A stretch of DNA of 64,000 nt, taken from Trichoplax adhaerens. Taxonomy: Eukaryota > Animalia > Placozoa. Below are positions 31,501 through 44,391 of this stretch, piece after piece. The notes beneath the pieces are model-generated. The model was not told the DNA's origin. It did not search any database and worked only from the letters and a program-made list of their open reading frames with translations. A program made the position numbers and the translations under genes. Position 1 is the first letter of the stretch; each line of letters opens with the position of its first letter. The stretch lies in contig NW_002060944.1 in the NCBI RefSeq assembly GCF_000150275.1, forward strand, positions 7,244,756-7,308,755, read 5' to 3'.

Positions 31501-34500
31501 CCAAATTTATACTAAACAGAAATATTCATGAATTATTGTTAGATAATTAATTACCGTAATATTCTTTAGAACTTGAGGATAAAATATGTTAAGCTAAATA
31601 TTGATGTATTGAAAGCCTTATTGGTTTTTTTAAAACAGTTGTTTAATATGGAAGAATGGAGACGAATGCGATTGTATGATTTAGCGACAGAAATTCAAGC
31701 AAAATTTAGAGGTTTCTATCTGAGAAAATGGGTTAGTTTATGAAAAATCATTTCAGTATGACTACTAATTACTATGGAATGTAAACTCAGGAGAACAATA
31801 TCCGATTATGCCATACTTAATATTGAAATACTATTATAAAGCACGTCGAGGTTTTAATTGTCAAATACAATTGCTTTTAATTTATAGTATTTAAGATTAC
31901 GTCGTAGTCAAATTTCCATTTCAGCGAATTGGCGATGCTATCGTGTAAGTTATGCAAATGGTTTCCTGAGATTGTTTAAATTATTCTATCCTGTACCTGT
32001 ATGCTAATTAACTATCTCTTTTAATTTTGCGATTGGCTTGGCTAAATGTGAACATGCATAGGAACGAGCAAGTTTCCTAAGTGTTCGTTTCGCCTCCATT
32101 GCGGTTCAGCGATTCTGTCGCGGGTGGAAGGTAGTAATGTTGATCGATTGCAAAATAAGCTATATGACTTTTTACAAGATTTGTAGTACAGTAGTTATTT
32201 GCGAGCTTGAATTCCGACTAGATTATCGTTAACTTGAAACACCTGTTGTATTTGATTCTGCCATTATCATCTAGGCGAGAAAACTGTTTAAAGCAATGTT
32301 GTACGAGAAGAAATGTACATGGGCTCAAGGGATAATCACCAAGTTCTTTTATGGATGGAAAGTATGTCATTATTTTTTGTTGAAAATGTCATCAGTAAAT
32401 ATATGCTATAGGTGGCGTAAGTAATTTTTTCTTTCGATAATATTGTTACTACCAGGCTAGAAAGCTATACCGCAAATTGAAATATGAGAAGCAATGTACT
32501 ATAGCACAAGGAGTCATTAGGAGATTTTATTTTGGCTGGAAAGTAAGTTGTGTTAAAACTGCTGAACAACATAACCACCGTTTGCAGTTATACTGTTTTA
32601 TCCGTTTATTAACTCCGATCTGTTCACCTGCTGTATTTTTCCAATTTCGTTTGCATTCCTCTCTAAAATCTTAAATCATATAGCAAATTTTATAATTTAA
32701 AGAGTTCATTACTTAAAATGTCTAGTTTCTTTCGCAACATTGCTCGTAAACCTGTATAGTATCTTATCTCTGTATTATTTGATGTTAGTGAATTACAAAT
32801 TTATTAGTCAGTAGAACTAGCTATTACAGGTCATTTACTGTCTTTAAAGAGGATATTTGCTAGCTCAAGTTCGAATATTTAAACCAACAGCTATTTTTTT
32901 ACTTCATAGGCAAGAAAGTTGGCTCGACTGTTACGCGAAGAAAAACGTCGTAAACTGGCTGTCAATGTCATTCGAACTTTTTTCTTCGGCTGGCAGGTAC
33001 CTTAGTAAATGCTTGAGTTAAAAGAAGGGAGATAGATATTTCTCGTTTCGATCTGTTTATGTTTTCAGTAAGAGATTCATTACAATATTTTTACTAACGT
33101 AGACTACTCATCGTCAGTACTTTTATTTTTTAATCCAGAATATAAATATTTATGATGATAATTTATAGCCCATAAATCTAACTCGTTCTGTTAAAATTGT
33201 AGGCTAGAAAGCTTGCTCGTAAACTACGAGAAGAAAAACGTCGTAATTTGGCAGCTAATGTGATTCGAACTTTTTTCTTTGGTTGGCAGGTTAAGAGTTG
33301 TTTCAGAAAACATTTTTATACAAGGAATTATATACCATATTTAGTCTCTTTATATATTAATGTCGATTTAGGCCAGAAAACTTGTTCGAGCTTTAAGACT
33401 TGAAAGAAAACGCAACAATGCCTCAACAACTATTCGTGCATATTATATAGGCTGGCAGGTGAAAATTTATTAGTGGCTTGTCAAAATATCGATTTTTTAA
33501 ATGTTTACTTTAAATGAATGCTTAACCTAGTAATTTAGAAAAACGATAAGGCTAACAGTAACTTAAATCTGGATATTTCTAGATTCGAAAGAAATATCGT
33601 AAAAAATTTCCTTCTATTGCTGGGCCCAAAGTATACCGATTTTTGCGCCAAAGCTTGGTAAAATAATACTTTCACTTCATTACGATATCGGCACACAAAG
33701 ACTACGATATTGAACTAAAGAGATTATATCCTCTAATATTATCTTATTACCAACTTACCAACTAGAATTATCGATTTTTGAAAGCTGTTATTGATGAGTT
33801 ACCATCGGAATCGCCTATAGAGAAAAATTGGCCGTCTTGCGGTCCTATGTTTGAAGAAATTTCTGACCAATTAAGGGAAATGCATCATGTTTGGCGAGTA
33901 AGTGATCCTTTAGCCTTGTTTAGGTTATTGCTAATTACTGCATAATTCACGGTATACATTATATTATTACCTTTTGAATCGATTAGTGTGCTCGATTTCG
34001 CCGTCGTTTATCTCCAGAACAGCGCGAAATCTACTCGGAAAAACTATTAGCTAGCCAACTCTTCAATAATAAAAAGGAATACTATTCCCAAACGTAAGTA
34101 CTACCAATGTCAATGATTACTCATCAATGCATCCATTTTTGTATTACTGTGTAAATTATCTACCTTTGGCAATTAGAATTGTTGTAGTTAGCTGTAAAAT
34201 TAAAATATATAATTTACTTCTTATACAACTAATATTCGGTTTGAATATAGTGTTGGGGTACCATTCCGTGGTGATTATTGCGGCTTAGGCAAGCATCCAC
34301 TGTGGAAGACGATTACGAAAGGATATGATAAAGATAAAGAAGTTCATTGGGCTGATACTGTTATTAAATTACATCGTGCTAATGGAAAGGTGAGAGAATC
34401 AACTTAACTAATACTGTTTAATTAAAATGGGAGGCGAGTTTAACATTATATTGCTGATTGCATTGCTAAACTAGTTCCATTTCAATTCCGAAATCAGTTG

Positions 34501-35529
34501 CTATACCGTATACGCGTAGATCAGAAAGAACGGAAATAATTGTTCATGTCGTGCTAAGATCCACAATAAAGAGTTTGCTGTAGCAAATGTTGTGTTGTTC
34601 AGCTCAATTACGAATAGAGCTTTGCTAATTTACTGTAATAATCGAGCAATTAAAGTGGACTAAGTCATCAAATAAAAGCTATGTACTAAATATCAATGCT
34701 TTTTGATACTGCAGTACATTGATGTACTCGTAGAACGCTATTAAAGTCAATCCGCGAATTAAGTATTCGATAATTTTCTTAGGAGATAGAATAAATTTAA
34801 CCTTTTGTACTTTGAGTTTCATGAAAAGAGAATCTCTTCATCATGGAAAGCTATCATTTTATTTTAAGATTGCCTCTTCAAGACTATTCAATGAAGGCAA
34901 CCGATTCTAATCTATAATCTCCTTTTGAATTACTTTTTGCAGGGTGTACCGAGAATTTTAGCTGTTACTGGTGCTGCTATAATAATATTAGATTCTAAAA
35001 CACTGAGCTTAAAATATCGTATTCCACTTCACGAATTAGCTACATTATTATTTAGTCCTCATAACGATACAGTTTGCGTTATTCAATGTAGAATGGTAAG
35101 AAAACTGATGATCAATCATTTTACAGCATTAATTTGAGAAATAGAAAATTTTTAATTGGCATCATTTCCGTATGATTTATGTTGTACAGGATAAAACATT
35201 GCCTCATCTGAAGAAAGGGGATTTCTTAATTCAAACTCATCATGTTATCGAATTAGCAACAAAGATAGTACTTGTATTGAAAGATCTCAGCATATCCAAT
35301 GACGAACCTGTCGTTAAAATTGCAAAGAAGTAAGCTTTTCTAATCGTTCTAGCTTAAATTTAAACTGTATATTGACAATTTGATCTGATTTATAATTTGG
35401 CTGGTATTTCGTAGATTTCCAATCAATTATCATGGTAAATGTTTACATGCATCATTTATCAAAGCGGAACAAACTCTTATTGACGCTGTGACCAAAAAAA
35501 AGCGTTCTCAATTTGAAATCTATGTCTAA
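25534..35529 (+). CDS. MYO1B: Unconventional class I myosin, MYO1A/B-type: motor domain, 8 IQ-type exons, TH1 tail
   Basis: [11 protein letters not shown]; [13 protein letters not shown]; P-loop GESGSGKT; [18 protein letters not shown]; DIYGFE; NVRVRRAGY; [10 protein letters not shown]; 29-aa ARK...GW[KQ] repeats like vertebrate Myo1b; TH1-type tail ending FEIYV*. Confidence 0.92.
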
Positions 35530-37162
35530 ATTTTTCTATTCTATTGCAACGACTGGGTTATAATTGGATGTATGAAAACAATTTTCGATTGAAGTCGTAG
35601 GCTAGCTGCATCTCGTTGCGACTAGAGAGCGTAGATAAATTGACTGCAATGACATTGTATTTGTGAAGTGTTTACCCTATGCCATTTATTGGATCACTCT
35701 GTGTTTGTTAATTATAACTATTTGCAAAGAACTGATAATAAAATGATCACTATTCAATCCTATAGGCTTTCTACAGTTCCTAAAGTTCATTTCAAGAGAT
35801 TGTTGTAAGATTAGCTCCTGTACGACCATCATGATTTACTAGTAATTTATTTCTTCTTCCAGTAACGCTACTTATTTGAAGTTGTGTCTGCCACAATTTT
35901 TAGGCATAGCGTTCAAGTTTTGGACTTGAATATTCCTTCATTTTCTTACTACAGTATTTACTGTTGCAATATTTTAGTTGTTCATCAACCCTGTGAGCGG
36001 TTACTTACTAGCACGTTGACGTTTTTCTCTTCATGCTAATTTGACACTCAATTAACTATAATTGGTTTAGTTCAAAGTAGATAATGTCGTCTTATTATTT
36101 CAAGTTGTAGCCCCTAAATACGGCCCATTTGAAGGAGATCAATCTCTCCCGTCAGATTGAATATTTTCTATGAATAGCCTACTTTACCAGCCGATAAATA
36201 AATGATAATCGTGGATTCATTTTTTTGTCCTACTCTATTTTACAAGTTAACCGATTTTATTGACATGATTGCAAACAAGATATATTAATAATGTGATAGG
36301 ACTACAATATATAACAATGAATATCTGCGTCGATAGTGGGCAATCTGTCATGAATTCTTATATATCTTGAAATGAAGTTATACTTCCGTCGATACGCAAA
36401 CATATCCCAATAACAAGGAAGATTGTAGTATCAAAAGCATTTGATTTTACACCATCCAATTGATATACACGGATTTTTTGACGTTCCAATGATGGCCGAA
36501 ATGTGGATTGGTTGCTGTAGTGTATATCTTGAATCGATGTCAACCATAGAATAGGCTAATAGATAGGAAGTTTATTAGCAGCAGGATATAGTGCTGCATA
36601 ACGGAAAGTAAAGTGCAATCATTGCTTTGTGCCTTTCCCATACAAGAATTAAGTCTATGCGAGGTTACAATTGCTATCATGAAACAAGCCATGCCATTGC
36701 CCATTCGCTTGAGTACCACCCTATCAACGTGATTATTGCAAAAGATTGGAATATAGCCCCATCGGACCTACATCTGTTGGTAATAAATATTTGTCTTAAC
36801 TTGTTGATGCCATTGAAAGCCTTGTCAATTTGGCATGTATCAAGTCAATCATCAAACAATTTACTCATTTTAGTATTGATTGTAGCATGGATAATACAAG
36901 CATGTAGTATAAAATTTGAAAAGCCTACGATGATATTACAGTGTACAGATAGATTATAGGTATTCCATTTTCAACATTGTCATGGATAAAGTACAGGGAA
37001 GAAAGGTTGATGAAGAGGCCAAAAAAACATTAGTAAACGATACAGTATAGAAAAGATATGATCATTGTACATGACAGTCTAAGTTACAGTATTGACAAGA
37101 TAGAAAGCGCATGATTGATTCCATCAGCGCGTTTGGAAGCCCTCTGCAGAACGGTCTATCCA

Positions 37163-37557
37163 TTACTGACCACCTGTCTTGTGACCATGTTTCTCAAGTT
37201 CGGCTCTACGCCATGATAATAAAAGCATCATGCATTTAACACATTTCAACATCATTGTAGCCATCCTGAAGTTATTGATGTAGTTGACTTACCGTAACTG
37301 ATTGGAAAAATCATCTTCAATGTTGTCATCATCCCAACTATCTTCCCAGACATGTTCATCCTCTTCATCTTCATCATTTTCATCCCATTCTACCAGCAAA
37401 TAGAATCCAAATTAATGTGACTGCTGTCAATGCTATCATGTCCATAACCTAACACATGCACCACTATTTATTGCAAACCTTCAGCGGGAAATTCTTCAAA
37501 TTCATCATCTTCTTCAAGTAATCCTAAATCAGGTTTTTTCTGCTCGGTAGCTGCCAT
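37163..37557 (-). CDS. SEM1: 26S proteasome subunit SEM1/DSS1. Exons 37557-37479, 37389-37293, 37205-37163.
   Basis: [72 protein letters not shown]. Missed by the ORF track because the exons are short. Confidence 0.96.
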
Positions 37558-37659
37558 GTTGACTAACGAATACAGAGGAATGGAGGAAAGTGGAAGTCAA
37601 CGAGCCAGTGGCCAACAATTCCTTTTGTGCGCTCAATCCACGTTGAAAACGATAGCGCT

Positions 37660-38810
37660 TACAGTACTGTCGACTTGAGTGTATCGTATTACCGTCGGAT
37701 GGATCAATTGCTGCATCATCACGCTCCTGGTCCATCCACTATCCATCCACCACCTACAGTGCAAGACTGGTCAAGCTACAGTACAGTACTGTCGTGATCG
37801 GGTACTGTGTACTGTACAGTACAGTACTGTACGCTAGTGGCCACAGTACTGCACTGTAGAGATGAATCTTGACACTGTAGTCGGACGGACTCCCAAATGA
37901 TACTGTTGCAATACTACTGTACTGTGCAGTACTGTACAGTACATTGAGTGTACAAGTGTACACTGTACAGTACAAGAGTAGCAAAGACTACAGTACTGTA
38001 CAGTACAGTACTGTACTGTACAAGTGTACATACTGTAATTTTCTGCTACTGGGTACTGTACTGTACTGTGTTATACTGTACTGTACCCTATACTGTACTG
38101 TAGAGTACAGAGGTAAGAAAAAACCTCTACAGTACAGTACTGTATGAAGAAAAGTTTTCTGTACTGTATGATCTTCACATTTGCCAGGTGAAAGTTGCTA
38201 CAGATTACTTTTGAGCAGACACAGAACTGTACAGTATTCTGTAGCCGTGAGTCGTTACTTGATTAGTGTAAGTACATGTACAGTACAGTAGAGTACAGAG
38301 GTAAGAAAAAAACCTCTACAGTACAGCACTGTATGAAGAAAAGTTTTCTGTATGATCTTCACATTTGCCAGGTGAAAGTTGCTACGGATTGCTTTTGAGC
38401 AGACGCAGTACTGTACAGTATTTAGTAGCCGTGAGTCGTTACTTGATTAGTGTACTGTACAGTACTGTACAGTGCACATTGTACAGTACATTGTACTGTA
38501 CAGTACTGGACTGGACTGGAACAAGATCAGTTGTCACTCAGGTCTAGTTGTCAGCCTTCAAACTTTCCACTGTGTCCTTGGGGAGTCCATCCGACTACAG
38601 TGCAAAGACTCATCTCTACAGTACAGTACTGTATCACAAGCTATAGGCCAAAGGAGATTGGTAGAATGAGACCATAGTAAGTCTTGGAAATTCAACTGTG
38701 CCACTAACATGCTACCAAAATGGTCAGTAGGCGAAACTACAGTACACTGAGTACAGTGTAGAGTCGCGCTTGGTCAGGTGACTCATCTCACCTACGGTAC
38801 TGCAAAGGAG
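37660..38810. promoter_or_regulatory. Bidirectional SEM1/MANBA promoter region with dense TACAG/CTGTA array, inverted ~55-bp element and internal direct duplication
   Basis: Head-to-head genes (ATGs at 37557 and 39147). Inverted arms 37843-37896 and 38578-38632. Confidence 0.7.
38100..38454. repeat. Near-identical direct duplication (38100-38270 and 38288-38454)
   Basis: gtagagtacagaggtaagaaaaaacctctac...ttcacatttgccaggtgaaag...gtgagtcgttacttgattagtgta appears twice. Confidence 0.95.
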
Positions 38811-39146
38811 CTTTGGTCTTGTTATTGGACAGCGAATGATATCATCAATTGATTATTTGGATGCAGCTACTGGATCCAGGCATGTTAGAAAAGATTCCAT
38901 CATCAATTCAACATTATTCATCTCTATCCTGGATATTCTGGCAGTCGCCATTGGATAGTCGTTGTACCTTGCATTAACGATAGCGACTCTACTCAGGGTA
39001 TCATCTTTTAATATCTGCTTTGAAGGCTATACAGTACCGTACAGTATTGATTGACCTTCCAAAATACTCTTGACTACCTCCTCATTTGCTGAGCAAAGAA
39101 TCAAATCGATCTTTTCGACGTCTCAATTATCCTCGAGGATTCAATC

Positions 39147-42100
39147 ATGGCAGTAAAATATACATGGTTGTTCTTGGCTATGGTACTCACTTTTCTTACT
39201 ATAGATTATCCTATGCGTGCAGATTGTAAGAGGACTCCAACGGGAACATCAGTGATAGATTTACATGGAACATGGCAATTCAAAAACTCAAACGGCAGCA
39301 TAAAAGGCCATGGAACGGTACCTGGTTGTATCCATACCGATTTAATAGCAACCAAGAAAATTGATAATCCATATTATGGCTACAATGATGTCAACTATCG
39401 TTGGATTGCCTTCGATAATTGGACTTATGTAAGAGAATTCACTGGTAAGTCATTTGTTTGATCAGACTACATGATTAGACGGTATGGTAAAAGTCAATAT
39501 TCTTCTACAGGCTACACTATGGTACTTGCTTTGATTGATTGATGTTGTGCTCGTCATGTAATTGCATGCAATGGGTAGTCTCCATACAATTTATCCACAT
39601 CCAATAATATCCAATTGGCTTGTTATAGTAGATGATTCTACCGTACATTACGGCAAAAGAGTGATGACTTTGTAAACCATATCTCCAAGTAATGCATGGA
39701 CATACTACGTATTCCTCTACAGGCTACAACATTGCTCCCTGCAGTGATTGATTTTGCTATACTCGTAATGTACTGTAATCCATCATTATTCATTCACTAA
39801 TTTATTATATCCGTATATTTGAATATTATGATTATTACATGCCATGAATAGTCTCCAAAGGATTTATCCAATCCAAAAATATCGAATTGGTCTGTTATGG
39901 GTTAGACACGGTTGCTTCTGTTGCTATCAATAATAAGGTGGTTGGTACAACTACCAACATGTTTTATAGATATGTGTTCGACGTCAAGCATGCTCTTCGC
40001 ACTGGTAAAAATACAATTGCTATAAAGTTCACTTCTGCTGTAACATACGCTGCTAGTCAAAGTATGGCTTACAAAGACGATATTCCTCCTGATTGCCCTC
40101 CCGCAATTCAACATGGCGAATGCCATCGCAACTTTATTCGAAAAGAACCCTGTTCTTTCAGTTGGGATTGGGGTCCCGCTTTTATAACACAAGGAATATG
40201 GCGCGACATTCAATTGCAAGGCTATAATTCCCCGATTATCAGAGATGTTAAAATTTCTCCGCTATACAATAAAGGTAAGGGAGAATGGATATTATTTGTT
40301 TTCAATGGATACTGAAATGCAAACCTTTTCATTGGGATAGTAATAGCCGTAATAGTGACAAGATTTCTTTGAAATCGTTAAATCGAATCTTGATGTTTTC
40401 AATTGATACTGAAATGAAAACCTTTTCATTGTCATAGTAATAGCCGTAATAGTGACAAGATTTCTTGAAATCAATAAAAGCGTCCTGATAATGTTAAATC
40501 GAATCTTTACTTGTATCTCCAAATGCAGGGAAAAAGGAATGGACTTTAAATACAACTGTTGTATTTTATAGCAGTTCTAATTTTAAGGGTACTGGCAAAC
40601 TGACAATTTCTATCAAACCTAAACTCAAAATTGCTCAACAAACGTGGACAGTATCTTTATCTAAATATCCTTATGTCCTCAATGTTGTTACAAAAATCAA
40701 TGGAAATGTAAATAGATGGTGGCCAATTGGTTATGGAAATCAATCTATGTATACCTTGAAGGTAAATTTTATTATTAATATCACCATAATAAGCAAAAAT
40801 TGAAATTGGTTTGAGATATTAATTTCAAGCTGTAATTGTTCATTAATCTATTAAATAGGCTCAATTTCAAATAGATGGTCATGCACAACCTACTACCTCC
40901 ATTACTAGGCGTTTTGGTTTTCGGACAACCAAACTACTACAGCCAAAGTTAAAGAAAGGATATGGTTTCTTCTTTGAAATTAACGATGTGCCTATCTTTT
41001 TAAAGGGAGCTAATTGGATACCCGCTGATTCTTTTGAAAGTCGTGTTACTCCTACTGTTATCAGAAATTTATTACAGTCTGCAATCGATGCAAACATGAA
41101 TGTAGTTCGTAATTGGGGAGGAGGTATATAATTATCCATCGGTAATGTTAATATTTCGGTTGTTATTGTATATAAGAATGAAATCTGAGATACATTGGTC
41201 TTAGGGATCTACCAACATGAAGCTTTTTATGATATTGCTGACGAGCTTGGATTACTAGTCTGGGAAGAGCTGAAGTACGCTTGTTCAATGTATCCTGTGG
41301 ATAGTAAATTCTTAAATTCGATTAAGAATGAAATAACTTATCAGGTAGGTTGATTTCGACTTGTTTTGGGGGTCTTTTAATTGATTTTAGCCTTCGACTT
41401 GGATAACATCTGAGATACGAGTAATCATCAAATTCTAATCACCTTTAGGTTAGAAGATTACATCATCATCCGTCCATCTTTGTTTGGGGAGGCAACAATG
41501 AAAACGAAGTAGCTATAGCTCAAAATTGGTATGGAACCGATAAAAATCCCTCGCTTTACAAGAAGAATTACGTAGAATTGTATATAAAAACAATACGTCC
41601 TATAGTACTCAGTGAAGATCTATCCAGGCCATTCCTATCTTCGTCTCCTTCAAATGGTGTACAAAGTGAAAAAGATGATTGGTTAGCTACTAATCCCCAA
41701 GATCCATACTATGGTGACGGTAAGACTAGTAATAGCAGTACTTCAAATAACAGTCTTATTAAAATTTTGAGATAAAAAATTAGTTTCCTCTCTATGACTA
41801 TCTGACATACTATATTATGGTTGTTACTACGTAGTGCATTATTACAATTATAGCTCAGACATTTGGAAAACGTCTTCATACCCAACGCCTCGCTTTGCAT
41901 CCGAATATGGATTTCAATCGTATCCTTCATTTGAGGCATTGTCACAGGTTTCCGAGCCTTCCGATTGGAAATTTAACAGTTCATTTATGGAGCATCGTCA
42001 GCACCATCCTCAAGGGACAGCTCAATTGCTTCAACAAATGAATTTGCATTTTACTCTTCCGAGTTCTAACACTAGCAAGAAAAGCTTTGAGGATTATATC

Positions 42101-43241
42101 TTTCTTACTCAGGTATGCAGTATTGATTCTTCTGTACTTAATGGCCATTATGAGATACTTATAGTAGACTATTTATTATGTTGGTGGTTTATTGTATTTT
42201 CTTTAATAAGCGTATGTTATCTCGCGCACTGTCACTCAATTATTCATTGTAGATAGTTCAGGCTGTCGGCTACACTGTCGAAACCGAACATTACAGAAGA
42301 AGAAGGAGTTTACTCGATTCTAGCAATAAAGGGATGACTATGGGTGCTCTTTACTGGCAGTTAAATAGTATATGGCCAGCACCATCTTGGTCTTCCTTAG
42401 AATATGGTGGGCGTTGGAAAATGTTGCAATATTATGCAGCGAAATTTTTTGCCCCTGTAACGTTGTCTATTTATGAAGATCAGGATATTATCCACGTTTT
42501 TGGAATGAATGATTATCAGGTACGTTATTTCTGTACTTGTCTTGCCATAATTGGAGTAATAGTTATTTGATTTAGTATCATTTGATTAAATCTACCTATT
42601 GCAACATAAAGTCCTCTTTCCATGGTTTGGGTTTAATGACACTAAGAACTTGGTCGTCAATGAAGCCATTACATGCTTGGAATTTAACCGTTAATCTCAA
42701 ACCTTTGTCGTCAGTAAGCTTAGATATTAATCTACACATTATTTCTCCAGTAGAATTACTAGGAGACTGGTCCTTACTCTTTTAACCTGCAACTTACTTT
42801 TGTTATTATAAATATTGCTTTCATCAGAAACCGATATTCCACAAAAATTCCAGGACGTTACTGAAAAGTGGCGATTGTTCAAATCGTTTAAAATGTGTAA
42901 TTACGCTGCAATTATACGATAATCATCATAGACCTGTTGGTGCTGCCAGTTCGCTGTATTTGTCTGCTTTTAAGCATCCTGAATTACTAAAAAATCCAAA
43001 ATTAAAAGTAACTGTAAAATCCAAAAGTGCTAGTAGTACTTATAAAATTATGATAAAAAGTTCAGCTATTGCTCCATTTACTTGGCTTAGTTCGGGCTCT
43101 ATCAGAGGTCGCTTTTCGGATAATGGATACTTGACTAGTGATGCAACTACTTTCATTGAATTTTATGCATGGCAGAATATTACTATGAAAATGCTGCAGA
43201 AAAATTTAAAAGTGATGTCATTATATGATGCATACAATTAA
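39147..43241 (+). CDS. MANBA: Lysosomal beta-mannosidase (GH2), about 10 exons
   Basis: Signal peptide; VPGCIHTDL; GLDTVA; FIRKEPCSFSWDWGP; KGANWIP; WGGNNENE; PRFASEYGFQSYPS; MGALYWQLNSIWPAPSWSSLEYGGRWK; GRFSDNG. Confidence 0.96.
40296..40472. repeat. Intronic tandem duplication (~97-bp period) in MANBA intron 2
   Basis: gttttcaat.gatactgaaatg.aaaccttttcattg..atagtaatagccgtaatagtgacaagatttc appears twice. Confidence 0.9.
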
Positions 43242-44391
43242 TTGATTTCTTTTCGATTCTTAAAATTCATGATGTAGTGATAGTTTCTATTTTTTACCAA
43301 ATTTAATATGAGAATTGGATAGTTGCTGGTATAGCGTAGACTGAAAATTTTTACTATCGGTTTTGATACCATTTATTTTTGTAAATACTCTTCCATTGAT
43401 AATCTATAGTTAGTTAACTGTACATGCCGGGAACCCTATATGTACGTTGTCTCTCCATCTTTGTGAACTGACTGAAATTGAGCAAATGTGCACAATACGT
43501 CAGTGCACAATACTGTAATTCATCTTTTTAGAATACTCCTTCAAACATCTCTGTATTTATCCTGATGAAATGTCTTATAAACATTTACGAATTATTCTAC
43601 ATATTGCTATGCCATCGGCAATATGAATAAACTTGAGTACATTGAATAATATTTGATCCCATTATTAAAGCTTCTAACCTATTAATAACCTATTGCTATA
43701 ATTAAGGTTACAGGAGTCTAAGCCTAACGCTAACTCTAACCGTAATCCTGAGTTTTTCAAGGCAAGATATTCAACACTAGCCGTTTAACTTTGTCTGCAA
43801 AGATTTTCAACGTAGTAAATCCGATATAAATTGAGAATAGCTAAAAAGTTCAAATTCTCCACAAAAATTGCAAATCGAAAAGTGAAAGCAACCACTCTAT
43901 GTGCTGTATTAATGGCCTTCTATCCAATTAGTTTGTTACTACACGCAAAAACAGTCTTGATCTTTCAGAGATACAATCATAAGATCATAAGACTAAATTA
44001 CTATAACGATAGTTTTTTCGCTACTAAAATCCACCTTGGTGCATTTTGCCGTCTATGCAAGCTTATACTGTCGAAGTGATTTGGTACCGTAAGTAATCCA
44101 GCACTAAGCATTACTAGAATATGGAGTGCTGAATACTTCGGGGCAAGTTAGGGCACTTTGTAGTCCATGACTACCGTAGAAATATCGTTTAGCTGCTATC
44201 CCTTAAAAGTCTTTGCTGCAGCATTGCAGGATACTCCTGCTGCAAGTCGAGATACATCGTTACTGCGACTTCACGCCATACTGTACCTTGTACCGTTTGG
44301 TGGAATTACCGCACGCTAACTGATATCCCAATCACCATGGTGAGGAGATACTGAGCACTGTAGTAGTGCAGTAGTTGACAGAAACTGTAGA

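Noticed and set aside
36358-36959. ORFs of 61 and 110 aa between the myosin gene and SEM1
   Set aside because: No recognisable domain or splice support; likely 3'UTR or intergenic sequence.
37754-38677. ORFs on both strands with STVQY repeats
   Set aside because: They come from the same motif array plus the inverted repeat, and are not coding.
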